Of a stretch of 64,000 bases of DNA, positions 49,201 to 58,465 are shown piece after piece; position 1 is the first letter of the stretch; the number at the start of each line of letters is the position of its first letter. The translations under genes were made by a program, and so were the position numbers. Under the pieces are notes generated by a model. The model was not told the DNA's origin. It worked only from the letters and a program-made list of their open reading frames with translations, and ran no database searches. The DNA lies in IMG/VR virus record IMGVR_UViG_3300033183_000491, positions 124,001 to 188,000 of that record. The stretch is one strand, 5' to 3'.

Positions 49201-49746
49201 TCTTAATGCAGTTGCATTATCTTTTTGACCAATAATAACACCACTTGCTGTTAAGTCTTGACCTATTTGGACGTGTGACGAAGAGTTACCAATTAAAATA
49301 TCACTACTACTACCTATTTCAGATGAAATCCTTAGTTCTCCTGAAGTGTTGTTTATTAAGGAGTTGGTTCCATCGTGAGTTATAACTAAATCACTATCAG
49401 AACCCCATTTTAATTGAAAAGTATCTGGAATAATTGACGAAGAATTTTGGTCAAATGTTAATACTTTTGAATTCTCTGCTTGTCCTAATACAGATAAATC
49501 ATTATAATTCAACTCTAAAGAAGATGCAGTTATTCCTAATGACAAGATCGAATTATCAGGATTCTTGTTTATCCAAAATCCTTGTGTAGAGTCGTATATT
49601 AAAAAATGATTATCTTGAATATTATTTATATTGACATTGTTTAGATTATTAATATTACCGAGTGATAACAATTCTTCTACTTCGATTACTTCTGATGACA
49701 GTAGACTTGGATTGTCAATGTCACTATTAATAAAAATCGTATTCAT
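46288..49746 (-). CDS. Mosaic fibre protein (1152 aa)
   Basis: DAANKAYVD, VLLKDQ..QNGRY module, AGAGLTKNGN, SPVLGGHLD, GQVLTWD, C-terminal domain ending DGVDSWEII as in the 733-aa fibre. Confidence 0.8.
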   Translation of the reverse strand: MNTIFINSDIDNPSLLSSEVIEVEELLSLGNINNLNNVNINNIQDNHFLIYDSTQGFWINKNPDNSILSLGITASSLELNYNDLSVLGQAENSKVLTFDQNSSSIIPDTFQLKWGSDSDLVITHDGTNSLINNTSGELRISSEIGSSSDILIGNSSSHVQIGQDLTASGVIIGQKDNATALRVKGAAHTNDVGEADPEGNVQSYAGIFTNDAYNQSSHAGTRNTRFITGGNIGMDVVTQSAHGLHLVAGDGTQTDGEILMASKNSLKINTRVNPYAVTAPKYLQIDRVDKGTLDSNNTSNVEISVNSGNLVISSNTEIASVDLTGQSVDLNLNSNKITNLANPTENGDAANKAYVDEVAQGIIAKPSVLAATTQNLVGTYDNGIADDGVGATLNLGASATLDIDGVTTWAQYDGVLLKDQTSAFQNGRYYVSQIGDAATDWILTRCGYCDESNEIPGAYVFVASGTTNEGTGWVQVVSDPSTFVVGTDDVSVYQFSSAGQVDAGAGLTKNGNVIDANVDNASIEIDVNDNIKVKSGGITSAMLAGSIANSKLNTLTVANKVALSSIDIDGGNNLASITDSDLFIVDNEASGINYQVEASSIAAYNFGKVSGDASITSTGTLSLESLALTGQTEKLAINDNDIILLADSEDNNNLKKMTKANFVSGLATSTSADDITQGSGNIAFETSNGTLTLGSTGNIEITNASASADIDFNLNGVADSLVISSSLSNGDYTRQIRFKDGMNLRTLTTLTSEGAGGTGYPGSEILITGESAVTAQAKSLVLGTQQALIADSYGNNSDSNLVLQSASRKFIFTDSSRRIDLSGPYPFFHIEKVKGADTDLNTDFDIEFNSTKGVFGAYLGSNWGNFTHNTFLKANQDGQVTQIGHDTPTDGQVLTWDNANGHVVWSDSTGGIESLSEDSSPVLGGHLDLGGYDIRTTSLGYHINLDPNGAGYVTLQGNSTRGSGLIRFKCEQNTHWVAIQGPAHSAAANYTLTLPTSSGNLNQVLRTDGNGVLSWTDLPTLGTAAALDVGTAANNIVQLDANAKLPAVDGSQLTNMHYTYSAKTTSFNAQINYHYSVNTTNSAINITLPQVSSTVAGQQLRIKFKAGTNLLTVIPYSGDNIEGLASFVMTDSQTPGQSLDLISDGVDSWEII

Positions 49747-49790
49747 TTAATTTACCTTTATATTTTAATATTTTTATCTTGTTATGCTAT

Positions 49791-52700
49791 TTATCTTGAC
49801 GAACCAATAAATTGCCAAACGTAAGCATCAACTTCATCGATTATGTCACCCGGTGCAGTAGTTGTCCAGTTATCATTACCATGAACTTTAGTTATGTTTC
49901 CAAAACTATTTCTTGTCAATTCGAAAGTCAGTAATAAAGAACTAGAAGCTCGTAGGGAAAGAGACGTGTTTTTATAAAAATTAAGTCTATCATATGATGC
50001 ATAGGCACCGTGGCTCAACTTTCCAATAAACGTACATTGAGGAAATGAATTTTCTTTTGTTATAGCTCCCGGATTACCGTATTTATTGTCATCTGGATGC
50101 GGATAGACTCCAAAAGGAACCCAAATAGAGCCGTTAAAATTTGGCCCTCTGTCAACTTTTATAGTTATACGTGATCCAAATCCATAAGACGTTCTAACGC
50201 TTTCAGCAGATGGTAAATATATTTTTCTAGTTATATTATCTACATTATAAAAATTACCTAAAATAGCTAATCTATAAAAATCAAAACCGCTTTTAATTGA
50301 CATATAATATTCCTCGATAGTCCTTGAAGAAGCTTCAAAAGAAACATTTGCGATTGAATTAGTATCTTCTAAATCTAGTTGGACTGTGAGATTATCGTCA
50401 TTTATATTATAAGAGTTTAAATCACCTCCAGACAAGCTAGAGACGCTAAGAGATCCTACTGAAGCTGATATGTGTTGCTTTATAGCTTCTGCTGTTGCTA
50501 AATTTGAGTGTTTATCTGGTATATCATCTGATAAGTTATCTAAGACATTGACTTCACTAACATTTTGTGGGTTTGTTAAAGTTCCTACGTATCCTAGAAC
50601 TTTATTAGGATTAACTTTTTCAAGTTTTGATTTTGTGACTGCATTCTCATTTATCTTGGATGTTATAATTGCATTGTCACTAATATTTACAGATTGAATT
50701 GTTCCTTTTATAAGGGATGTACCTGATGAGTCGAACTTTAATACTTTATTAGAATCTTCAGAAGAACCTGTTAACGCTGATGGGAGTGTTACATCTTCGA
50801 CTTCATCAATATAATTTTCAATTAACCAACAATATTTGTTATTATATTCTTCTATAAAAGTAATTACTACTTTTTTAATTCCTTCTCCAGAAAATTTAAT
50901 TGTTTTTTGATTCGTAAAACCAAATTCCAAGTAATTACTATTATTAGTTGCATCTGATCTTTGCCATATATCATTTTGAGAAGAATTAATAATTAATTTT
51001 TGTAAGGCAATATCTGTAAAGTAAAAAGTCTTTTTGTCGCCGTTTATAAATCCATTTTCATAAGCTTCCAGTGCAGATGGTATATTCACAGACCTTGTAG
51101 TAGTCGCTCCAGTATCTCCTAAAGTTACTGAGTTTTTTTGTCGCCAAAGTGAAATATTGCTAAACTCTATAGGAGCTTGTGTTCCAGTTAGTTCATAATA
51201 AGAGTTATCATGAAAATCTTTTTTATCTAAAATACTAGCAAACCACCTTGTCCCATCGTATAAAAATTCTTTCGGGGAATGAAAATCTGTTCCATTATAA
51301 TAGATAACTAAATCATTTCCTAAATCTACTTTTACATTTAATTTTAAACTTGAAAATCTTCCTCTATTATTATGACTCTCTTCATAATAAGAATTCGGTG
51401 AATCGGGATAAGACATTGATATTTTTACAATGTCACCTTCTGATATGTCATTGAAACTTGTTAAGTTAAAAGTAAATAAAGATCCATCACTAACATTATC
51501 TTTAATATGATAGTGTTTGTTAGCTTTATATATATCACCTGGGTTAACAGTCGGAGTGATTAAACCAGCATTTGTAACAGGAATATATTCTAAATCATTA
51601 GGGATGTTTAAGCCTGACTTAAATTCAGAAATTGTAACTTTTTTATGTGTAGTAGATTCACTATCTTTTAAAACAATTAAGTCGTTATCTGTTACACTAT
51701 CATTTATTGAAAGCGGATTAAAATTCTCAATATCAAAACTATTTGCTGATTTTATATCAGAAAATGCAACTTTTTTAAGTAATGTAGATGAATCATCATA
51801 TACCAAGAAAGTATCGTCATCAGATAAAGGGCCATCACTGTTTGGATCGTTTGGATCTGAGTTGTAAAGAGTTTGTTCACTTATTGATTTTGAAGTTAAC
51901 GAAGAAGATAATTTTTGTACGCCATTGTCATCAACTACGCTAAATCCAACTTGACCTATCGAATCAGTAATATCTGCTCTTATATAATTTTTTAATACAG
52001 ATGCAGTGGATTTTGTTGTTAAACCATTTGGTGAATTAGCGCTAACATCTCTTACAATAAATAAATCATCATCAGCAATTGAATTTAAAACTGTATCGAT
52101 ATCATCCGGGTTAATTGCATTTTCGTTCACTGAAGAAGCTATAATATCTCCTGATATTTTACTAACAGGAATATCGGGAAGTCTAGCTACGTCAATTGTA
52201 CCAGTAAGAAGAGTAGAATCTACATTTTTTATTTTTAGATAATTATTATCAGGATCAACTTCGATTGATGTACCATCTGTTTTAACATCAAATACATTAC
52301 CTGTTTTTGATAAAGCAGCCCCAGCTTCGGTTTGGCCTGCCGCAGAGAATTTTGCAAATAAGATATCGTCATTTCCAACTGTATCAGCTGTTTCAGGCGA
52401 AGTACATATAAACCCAGATTGAGCATAAGTGTCACCTTCTTCGACAAATACAAACTTGGCTGAGACTTCATCGTTTAATTCAAAATCACTAGACCTTACA
52501 GCAGCACCTGATGCTTGAACTATATAAATACCATTATCGCGAGGGTCATTTTGATCTCTAACTAAAATTCTATCACCTGTTGAAACATTAACACCATCAA
52601 TCAAATCATTATTTTCAAGTTGGTCTGCAAGATTTATATTTGTTGTAGTTGCAAGCCTTACAGGTTGTAATACCTCTCTAAGACCTTGTACAACAAGATC

Positions 52701-54161
52701 AACATATTGTTTGTTTGCAGCGTCAGCATCATTTTGCGGTTGCTCTACAAGCGTTAAAGAGTTTAAAGATGCATCACCATTTGATTGAATATAATTTGTT
52801 AAATCAGGTAAATCAGCTGCTGTGATAAAGTCTGTAATTTCATCGTCTGTAACATAGTTGTCTAAACTAGATGAAGTTAAGAATCCCTGGTCTGAAACCC
52901 AGCCTTGAGTTGCAAAATATGCTGTTCTAGTGTCAATCTCTGATTGTGTTGGATCGTTAAACTTATATGTAAAAGTGAGTGGAATATTGTTGTTTGTAAA
53001 GAAAGTATCGTCAACATTTTCTATTCTTAAACTTTTTCCTCCTTGTGTTTCAAGACTTAGTTTTGTGTCTCCATTTGTGTTAGATGTAACTACTAAAACA
53101 TTACCACTGTCAGTACTTTGCAATTTTAATTTTGCATTGTCTGCTGCAGAGTCAGATTTTGCAATCATTCTTAATTCATCTGCTGATGTTTTAATAGAGT
53201 GAGTACCAACTGAAAGATCTCCTCCTAGAACTGGTGCAGGATCATCTTCGACTGCTTCTAATCCACCACTTCCTAGTTTAACCCATTTCATATTTGAAGT
53301 AGCAGTTCTAGAACTTCCATCTGTATGTGGAACTGTAAAGAATATCTTTTGAGTATTACTATCACCTTTTAATACAGCAACTCTTACTCCAGAAAAGTCA
53401 CTCGTAGCAATTAAGTCATTTGCTCTAACTGCAGGACCTTCTGCTGCAGAAACGATGTAAATACCATTTTCAGAAGGTGTGGCCTGATCTTTGACTAGGA
53501 CTCTGTCACCTGTTGTTAGAATCTGTCCATCAATCTCAATCCCGTTTACAAGTGCCGTTGTTAAATCAATCGGTTCTGTTGTTGCAAACTTAACATCTTC
53601 TAATGACGTAGTTACATTTTCATAGACCAAGCTCTCATTGACTAAAGTACCAATTTGTAAATTTTTAGATGCATTATCAATTCTTAAGTTTGAACTACCA
53701 AGATTTAAACCATCGTTAAGGAGATAAAGATCACGAATTGGTAAACTAGAAAGACCAAGATCAAAATCGCTTACTCTAGGAACAAAGTGACCTTGATCAT
53801 TTATGTACCACTTTTCATCACCTGATATTGAAAAAGATATTTTGTTCTCTAATGGGTCTGATGTCTTAATCGCTTCAACACTTGTCTGAGCACCTTCTTC
53901 ACCTTCGAAAATTTTATCGACCTGAGATGATCCTGCTGAAGAAGAACTTATTTTATAATGAATTCCTGATCCATCTTCAAAATTTTCTATGGTAATATTA
54001 TCTCCAGAAACTAATAAAGGTGCACCAGATGTGTTATTCAGGGTATCAGTTTTCATTTCTTGGATTAATCCAAGAGTTGCATTAATTCCTGCCCATCTTC
54101 TTGTTGGAAGGCCTAATTTTCCTTCACTATCTTGTCTAGGTACTAAATTCTTAGTTGCCAT
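49791..54161 (-). CDS. Mosaic fibre protein (1456 aa)
   Basis: N-terminus NLVPR..GKLG...W as in the 733-aa fibre; two DR(V/I)LV(K/R)DQ..NGIY modules; three DxD.(F/L)(I/L)V.D...KK modules; SD AGGAG. Confidence 0.8.
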   Translation of the reverse strand: MATKNLVPRQDSEGKLGLPTRRWAGINATLGLIQEMKTDTLNNTSGAPLLVSGDNITIENFEDGSGIHYKISSSSAGSSQVDKIFEGEEGAQTSVEAIKTSDPLENKISFSISGDEKWYINDQGHFVPRVSDFDLGLSSLPIRDLYLLNDGLNLGSSNLRIDNASKNLQIGTLVNESLVYENVTTSLEDVKFATTEPIDLTTALVNGIEIDGQILTTGDRVLVKDQATPSENGIYIVSAAEGPAVRANDLIATSDFSGVRVAVLKGDSNTQKIFFTVPHTDGSSRTATSNMKWVKLGSGGLEAVEDDPAPVLGGDLSVGTHSIKTSADELRMIAKSDSAADNAKLKLQSTDSGNVLVVTSNTNGDTKLSLETQGGKSLRIENVDDTFFTNNNIPLTFTYKFNDPTQSEIDTRTAYFATQGWVSDQGFLTSSSLDNYVTDDEITDFITAADLPDLTNYIQSNGDASLNSLTLVEQPQNDADAANKQYVDLVVQGLREVLQPVRLATTTNINLADQLENNDLIDGVNVSTGDRILVRDQNDPRDNGIYIVQASGAAVRSSDFELNDEVSAKFVFVEEGDTYAQSGFICTSPETADTVGNDDILFAKFSAAGQTEAGAALSKTGNVFDVKTDGTSIEVDPDNNYLKIKNVDSTLLTGTIDVARLPDIPVSKISGDIIASSVNENAINPDDIDTVLNSIADDDLFIVRDVSANSPNGLTTKSTASVLKNYIRADITDSIGQVGFSVVDDNGVQKLSSSLTSKSISEQTLYNSDPNDPNSDGPLSDDDTFLVYDDSSTLLKKVAFSDIKSANSFDIENFNPLSINDSVTDNDLIVLKDSESTTHKKVTISEFKSGLNIPNDLEYIPVTNAGLITPTVNPGDIYKANKHYHIKDNVSDGSLFTFNLTSFNDISEGDIVKISMSYPDSPNSYYEESHNNRGRFSSLKLNVKVDLGNDLVIYYNGTDFHSPKEFLYDGTRWFASILDKKDFHDNSYYELTGTQAPIEFSNISLWRQKNSVTLGDTGATTTRSVNIPSALEAYENGFINGDKKTFYFTDIALQKLIINSSQNDIWQRSDATNNSNYLEFGFTNQKTIKFSGEGIKKVVITFIEEYNNKYCWLIENYIDEVEDVTLPSALTGSSEDSNKVLKFDSSGTSLIKGTIQSVNISDNAIITSKINENAVTKSKLEKVNPNKVLGYVGTLTNPQNVSEVNVLDNLSDDIPDKHSNLATAEAIKQHISASVGSLSVSSLSGGDLNSYNINDDNLTVQLDLEDTNSIANVSFEASSRTIEEYYMSIKSGFDFYRLAILGNFYNVDNITRKIYLPSAESVRTSYGFGSRITIKVDRGPNFNGSIWVPFGVYPHPDDNKYGNPGAITKENSFPQCTFIGKLSHGAYASYDRLNFYKNTSLSLRASSSLLLTFELTRNSFGNITKVHGNDNWTTTAPGDIIDEVDAYVWQFIGSSR

Positions 54162-54194
54162 ATTCTACAATCTCCTAGATATTTCTTTTAATAC

Positions 54195-54201
54195 TAATTA
54201 T
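54195..54201 (-). promoter_or_regulatory. Candidate late promoter ATAATTA flanked by a 7-bp inverted repeat (54188-54208)
   Basis: 33 nt upstream of the 1456-aa fibre gene ATG; arms TTAATAC/GTATTAA. Confidence 0.5.
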
Positions 54202-54243
54202 GTATTAATGTTTGTTTAACTTAGATAATATCAAATAAATTTT

Positions 54244-54825
54244 TTAACTGTTTAAATTGTATCCATTAGGTGCGAATGGATTATAAAAATAAAATCCTGT
54301 GCCGTCTCTTCCTGTAGTGCCTAAAGCTGCACTTTGAGACGATCCTGTAGGTCCGCTAAAGTCGATTCTAAATGCATCTCCTCCACCTCGGTCACCTACC
54401 ATTGCTTTAATAGGATAATAAACACCAGCACTTAAGCTAATCGATCCATCACCATTGATTTCACCGTGTGCTCCTCCTGCATCACAAAGAGCATTATTTT
54501 TATTTAGGTCCCACTCTAGGCTTTTTGCATCATCACCAATCCATAAGTATCCAGCATCGTCACATCTAATTCTAAATTCCCAAGTCCCTGTAACATCTGG
54601 TTTAAAAAGGCCGCAAACTACGTGTGTATCTAAGTCTGCTATAACAGACGATCTGTTGATCTGAGTTAAAGCTCCTTCACCTGACCAAGAAGAGTCCAGG
54701 TTTCCTTCTAACCTGCTTGGATCATCATTTGTCCCGGGATGATCACCTGAAGTGTCTGCATTTATGTATGCATCAAACTTTCTAATATAAAGTCCACTTT
54801 TAAGTTGTTTTCTAAATATAAACAT
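54244..54825 (-). CDS. Stand-alone PA14/GLEYA carbohydrate-binding domain protein
   Basis: GLFKPDVTGTWEFRIRCDDAGYLWIG...HG...ISLSAGVYYPI...GGG is the PA14 consensus; TAATG overlap with the upstream fibre gene. Confidence 0.85.
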   Translation of the reverse strand: MFIFRKQLKSGLYIRKFDAYINADTSGDHPGTNDDPSRLEGNLDSSWSGEGALTQINRSSVIADLDTHVVCGLFKPDVTGTWEFRIRCDDAGYLWIGDDAKSLEWDLNKNNALCDAGGAHGEINGDGSISLSAGVYYPIKAMVGDRGGGDAFRIDFSGPTGSSQSAALGTTGRDGTGFYFYNPFAPNGYNLNS

Positions 54826-57692
54826 TAGTTCCTCGTAAAGAATAAGTTAGCTCTTAACCCTTGCGCATTTGCAGGTGTAGCTGTTATAGCTAAAGTTAAT
54901 GCATCACCTGCGTCACAAGAAGAATTAGAAACAGTTGTTGTTGAGCCAGACGTTGTTGTTGTTCCTAAAGTTAAAGTAATCATAGACAAACTATCAGTTG
55001 TGTTTGTTAAAGTTACTGTTACATCACCAGAAGTTGTATGTTGGTCTAGATATAATTCTAATTTAGAAACTGTAAGACCAAACGGACAATTAAATCTGAA
55101 TGCATTCGTATCTGTTTGTAGATCAACCCCTGGAATACTCAATTCTGCAACAATAACTTCTTCGGGTTTGTCCCAAGTTAAAGAAGAACCATTATACATT
55201 AAAAAGTCATTTGTTGAAGGAGCTTCGACAGAAGTATCTAATTTGTTTAGTTCATCTGCAGTAGATGTTACTAATGTACTTCCAAGAGTTAAGCCTTCGT
55301 CCACGCCGTTATGACGAGGTATAATCGTTATACAACCGTCAGCAGTTCCATCAATTCTAAACCCTTCGTATCCACCACCATTTCCTCCACCTTGAACGTA
55401 TATATTGAGTCGGCCTTCTTCAGCACCAACTGTAGTGTCAATCATTTGAGTTCTAATCTTTGAAAACTCATGAATTCCGCCACCGGCATTTTCTCCATAA
55501 AACTCTATAGTCCCTGCATATCCTGCGCCAGTTGAATAATTTTGAATTCTTAAAGTAGGACCTAAAGAGTTTGTATCACCATTTTCAGTCGATATAGTAA
55601 ATCTAGGCTCAAAAGTCCCTGAGGCAGAAGATGGCATCGACATAGTTAATCCTTCATCAGGACTATGTCTAAGATAAACGTCGCTGTCATTTCCAAATTT
55701 AATATAAGAACCGTCTCCTAAGTATAAATATTTCCACTCAGCATTGACAGCACCTAAATTATACGTATTAACTGCTGAAGGTAGTAGATGTCCTGTGATT
55801 CCAAACCCATTAGGATCTAAGTTGCCACCTAATTGAGGTGTTGTATCATCAACTAAGTCTGAGCTACCTGAAGAAGCTGTTGCAAAAGTTAGCTGGCCAC
55901 TTCCATTTGTTTGTAAAACTTGTCCAGAAGTTCCATCGGACGTTGGAAATGAATATGCATTATTAAATGTAATAATACCAGTTTCATCAATTTTGAGTCT
56001 GTTAGAAGTTGTACCGCCTGTTCCTGTATTAAATTCTAACGTACCACCATAAGTTGAACCGCTTACTGTTGCACTTGATTTAATTACTGCACTTTCTAGA
56101 AAAGACGTTCCATTGTGGCCATACATTACAAATTTACCAAGCTCGTCTGCAGCAGAAACTGCAGTTGGTGTCGAAACTGTTCCCCTTGCTTTTTGTAATA
56201 AAACATCAGGACCATCTGCAGATGTATGATACTGGTCTATTCTCATTGAACCTTCATATTGTACGTCTCCCACTAAGTGTAATGTTCTTGCGGGAGAACT
56301 AGTTCCAATACCTATACGATCATTTGTTGTATCTATCGTTAATAAATCTGTAGACAATACACTAGAACCATCACTATTAGCAACCAATATAGCATTATTA
56401 GTTAAAGTAGAAGGCATTGAGTAACCATCACCAACCAAAAAAGTTCCTGATAAGTCTGGTAAAGTTAAAGTTCTGTTTGATGAAAGAGAGCTTTGGCCTT
56501 GAATTTGTATGTAGTTTGTTCCGTGTTTTTCGCCTGTTCCATCTTCATATATTCTTAAGGGATTATCATAATGAAAACCAACAGAGTTAACGTCAATCCA
56601 CATACGTGCATTTTCTGGGTGTGCTCCAGTTCCACCAGATGCATCTGATGCACCTTTGTCTGGGAGTTCGAGATAAAAACCAACTCTTCTATTTGCAGCA
56701 CCTGCTTGATCATCAATTGCCCCAAACCATTGTTCATACCATAATTGGCCTTGTCCGTATTGTCTTGTGTTAGAAGAGTACCAATTTGCAAACTTTACCT
56801 TTACAGTATCTTCATTGTAAGCAAAAAATTGCGACCCTGATCCTCCGAGAGATAGCCTATTAGATACTGTGATATTCTGTGATGTCAATAAACCATTACT
56901 ATCAGCACCTCCAGTATTGTTCCAAGTTAGATTTGAACTTAAAGACACGCTAGAACTGTCACTATTAGATGTCAAGACAGCGTTATTAGTAAGTGTTGAA
57001 GGCAATTGATAGCTACTCTGTGTAGACTGATTCGATGCATTACCAATAAAGAATTTACCTTCATTTAAGTTAGGTGTAGCATTTGTTCTTCCCGCACCTC
57101 CAACCAAAACCTCACCATTATTCACATGAGCTTTTACAATTTTACCAATGTTTTGAATTAAGTTAGATCCTGTTGGTGCTGATGTTTGGAATCCTCCTGC
57201 AGTTGTAGAGCTTACATAAAGTGTGTCACCCTCACTATTCGCACCGTCTGTATCGATACCTTTAAATAAACCGCTGTAAACAACATATCCTTCAGCTTCA
57301 GCTGCAATATCGTTTTGAACAAAACCAAAAGCAGGCATTGTTGCAGAAGAATTTGACTGCGCTAAAGAAACTTCTGGTTTATTACCACTATGTCCTGATA
57401 TGTAAACTAATTGTCCTTTAGTTAAAGCAGTTGTAGTAGAAGGGTTTTTTACCGGGAATGATAACGCTTTTGGCAAAGAGTCACCTTGTAAAAGAGCAAT
57501 ATCTCCATCTTCGTCAGGAAAGTTAATTGTTCTATCATCAGTAGGATCAGTAACTGTTAATTGTAATTCAAAATCGTTACTAGTTTCTCCTTCAAATGCT
57601 AGCCCACCTGAACCAATAACTATTCTATCAGTTGGTTTTAAGACCTTTTTTGATCCATTTTCATAATATACAAACTTATCAATATCTGCCAT
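54825..57692 (-). CDS. Mosaic fibre protein (955 aa)
   Basis: TDPTDDRTINFPD, beta-clip-like GQLVYIS...PAFG...GDTLYVS...IQNIG, RIGIGTSSP, FPTSDGTSGQVL, TPQLGGNLD, WKYLYLGDG, ELNKLD. Confidence 0.8.
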   Translation of the reverse strand: MADIDKFVYYENGSKKVLKPTDRIVIGSGGLAFEGETSNDFELQLTVTDPTDDRTINFPDEDGDIALLQGDSLPKALSFPVKNPSTTTALTKGQLVYISGHSGNKPEVSLAQSNSSATMPAFGFVQNDIAAEAEGYVVYSGLFKGIDTDGANSEGDTLYVSSTTAGGFQTSAPTGSNLIQNIGKIVKAHVNNGEVLVGGAGRTNATPNLNEGKFFIGNASNQSTQSSYQLPSTLTNNAVLTSNSDSSSVSLSSNLTWNNTGGADSNGLLTSQNITVSNRLSLGGSGSQFFAYNEDTVKVKFANWYSSNTRQYGQGQLWYEQWFGAIDDQAGAANRRVGFYLELPDKGASDASGGTGAHPENARMWIDVNSVGFHYDNPLRIYEDGTGEKHGTNYIQIQGQSSLSSNRTLTLPDLSGTFLVGDGYSMPSTLTNNAILVANSDGSSVLSTDLLTIDTTNDRIGIGTSSPARTLHLVGDVQYEGSMRIDQYHTSADGPDVLLQKARGTVSTPTAVSAADELGKFVMYGHNGTSFLESAVIKSSATVSGSTYGGTLEFNTGTGGTTSNRLKIDETGIITFNNAYSFPTSDGTSGQVLQTNGSGQLTFATASSGSSDLVDDTTPQLGGNLDPNGFGITGHLLPSAVNTYNLGAVNAEWKYLYLGDGSYIKFGNDSDVYLRHSPDEGLTMSMPSSASGTFEPRFTISTENGDTNSLGPTLRIQNYSTGAGYAGTIEFYGENAGGGIHEFSKIRTQMIDTTVGAEEGRLNIYVQGGGNGGGYEGFRIDGTADGCITIIPRHNGVDEGLTLGSTLVTSTADELNKLDTSVEAPSTNDFLMYNGSSLTWDKPEEVIVAELSIPGVDLQTDTNAFRFNCPFGLTVSKLELYLDQHTTSGDVTVTLTNTTDSLSMITLTLGTTTTSGSTTTVSNSSCDAGDALTLAITATPANAQGLRANLFFTRN

Positions 57693-57714
57693 TTTAATTT
57701 ATTCTTTCTATTTT

Positions 57715-58239
57715 CTATTCTGTTTGACAAGCGTTGACATACATGTCTTCATCGATAGGCATAACGTTGCCTTCACTGTCAAATTCAAAATATCTGTCTG
57801 ATGCTGTTTCTCTTATCGTCATAGTATATTGTATGTGTTCTAAAGTTCCTTCGTCATTAAAAGTATTAAGGTCTAAAGCAAACAATCCTGTTGTTCCATC
57901 TAGTATGTTTGTTGGAATAAGATTATTTTCATCTAAAGGATCAATTTGCCACAAAGAATCTTCAGACCTATCGTTATAAAGATGTCCTCTTATGATAACA
58001 TCTCCTCCAAATTCTACGACAGAATCTGGTAAGTTATTTTTCTTTCCACAGATTTTTCCGCTTACATAAAGATAAGTTGATTCGTCAACATTTTGAAGCA
58101 TGCTTTCTGGAATAGATCCACGATCATCTAATGCTAATTCTGGAGTATTAGGATAGACAATTAATTTTGGCCCTGTTTCACCAGAACCAATTATCTTTGA
58201 GGTTTTAATTTGATTAGCTAAAAAGTCTCTTGCTGCCAT
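57715..58239 (-). CDS. Hypothetical protein, possible fibre adaptor
   Basis: SD AAGG; FEFDSEGNVMP motif shared with 45993..46268; directly precedes the 955-aa fibre gene. Confidence 0.65.
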   Translation of the reverse strand: MAARDFLANQIKTSKIIGSGETGPKLIVYPNTPELALDDRGSIPESMLQNVDESTYLYVSGKICGKKNNLPDSVVEFGGDVIIRGHLYNDRSEDSLWQIDPLDENNLIPTNILDGTTGLFALDLNTFNDEGTLEHIQYTMTIRETASDRYFEFDSEGNVMPIDEDMYVNACQTE

Positions 58240-58244
58240 AATAT

Positions 58245-58463
58245 TTACCTTGATATAACTATATAATGAACATTTATTTCACTATTACTGGATTTGTTTA
58301 TTTTAAAATTATTTGTAGAAGTTTCTGATATGAAAATGTTTTCGCATGAATCAGAAGTTATTTTTATTACTGGGATTTGATTATAATTACTAGTAAGATT
58401 TACTATTTTTTCACTTTCATTAGAAAGAATTGTAACTTTTCCAGTCTCAAATTCAACTGCCAT
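58245..58463 (-). CDS. Small H-type-lectin-like beta-sandwich protein
   Basis: YNQIPVIKIT...NIFIS..STNNFKI...VHYIVI; paralogous to 58466..58792; SD GGAG. Confidence 0.5.
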   Translation of the reverse strand: MAVEFETGKVTILSNESEKIVNLTSNYNQIPVIKITSDSCENIFISETSTNNFKINKSSNSEINVHYIVISR

Positions 58464-58465
58464 AA

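Noticed and set aside
41058-57692. Possible DGR template/variable repeat among the fibre genes
   Set aside because: In the one shared module I aligned (41526-41621 vs 45042-45137) differences are mostly synonymous third-position changes of all base types, not A-specific; no reverse transcriptase is in the window
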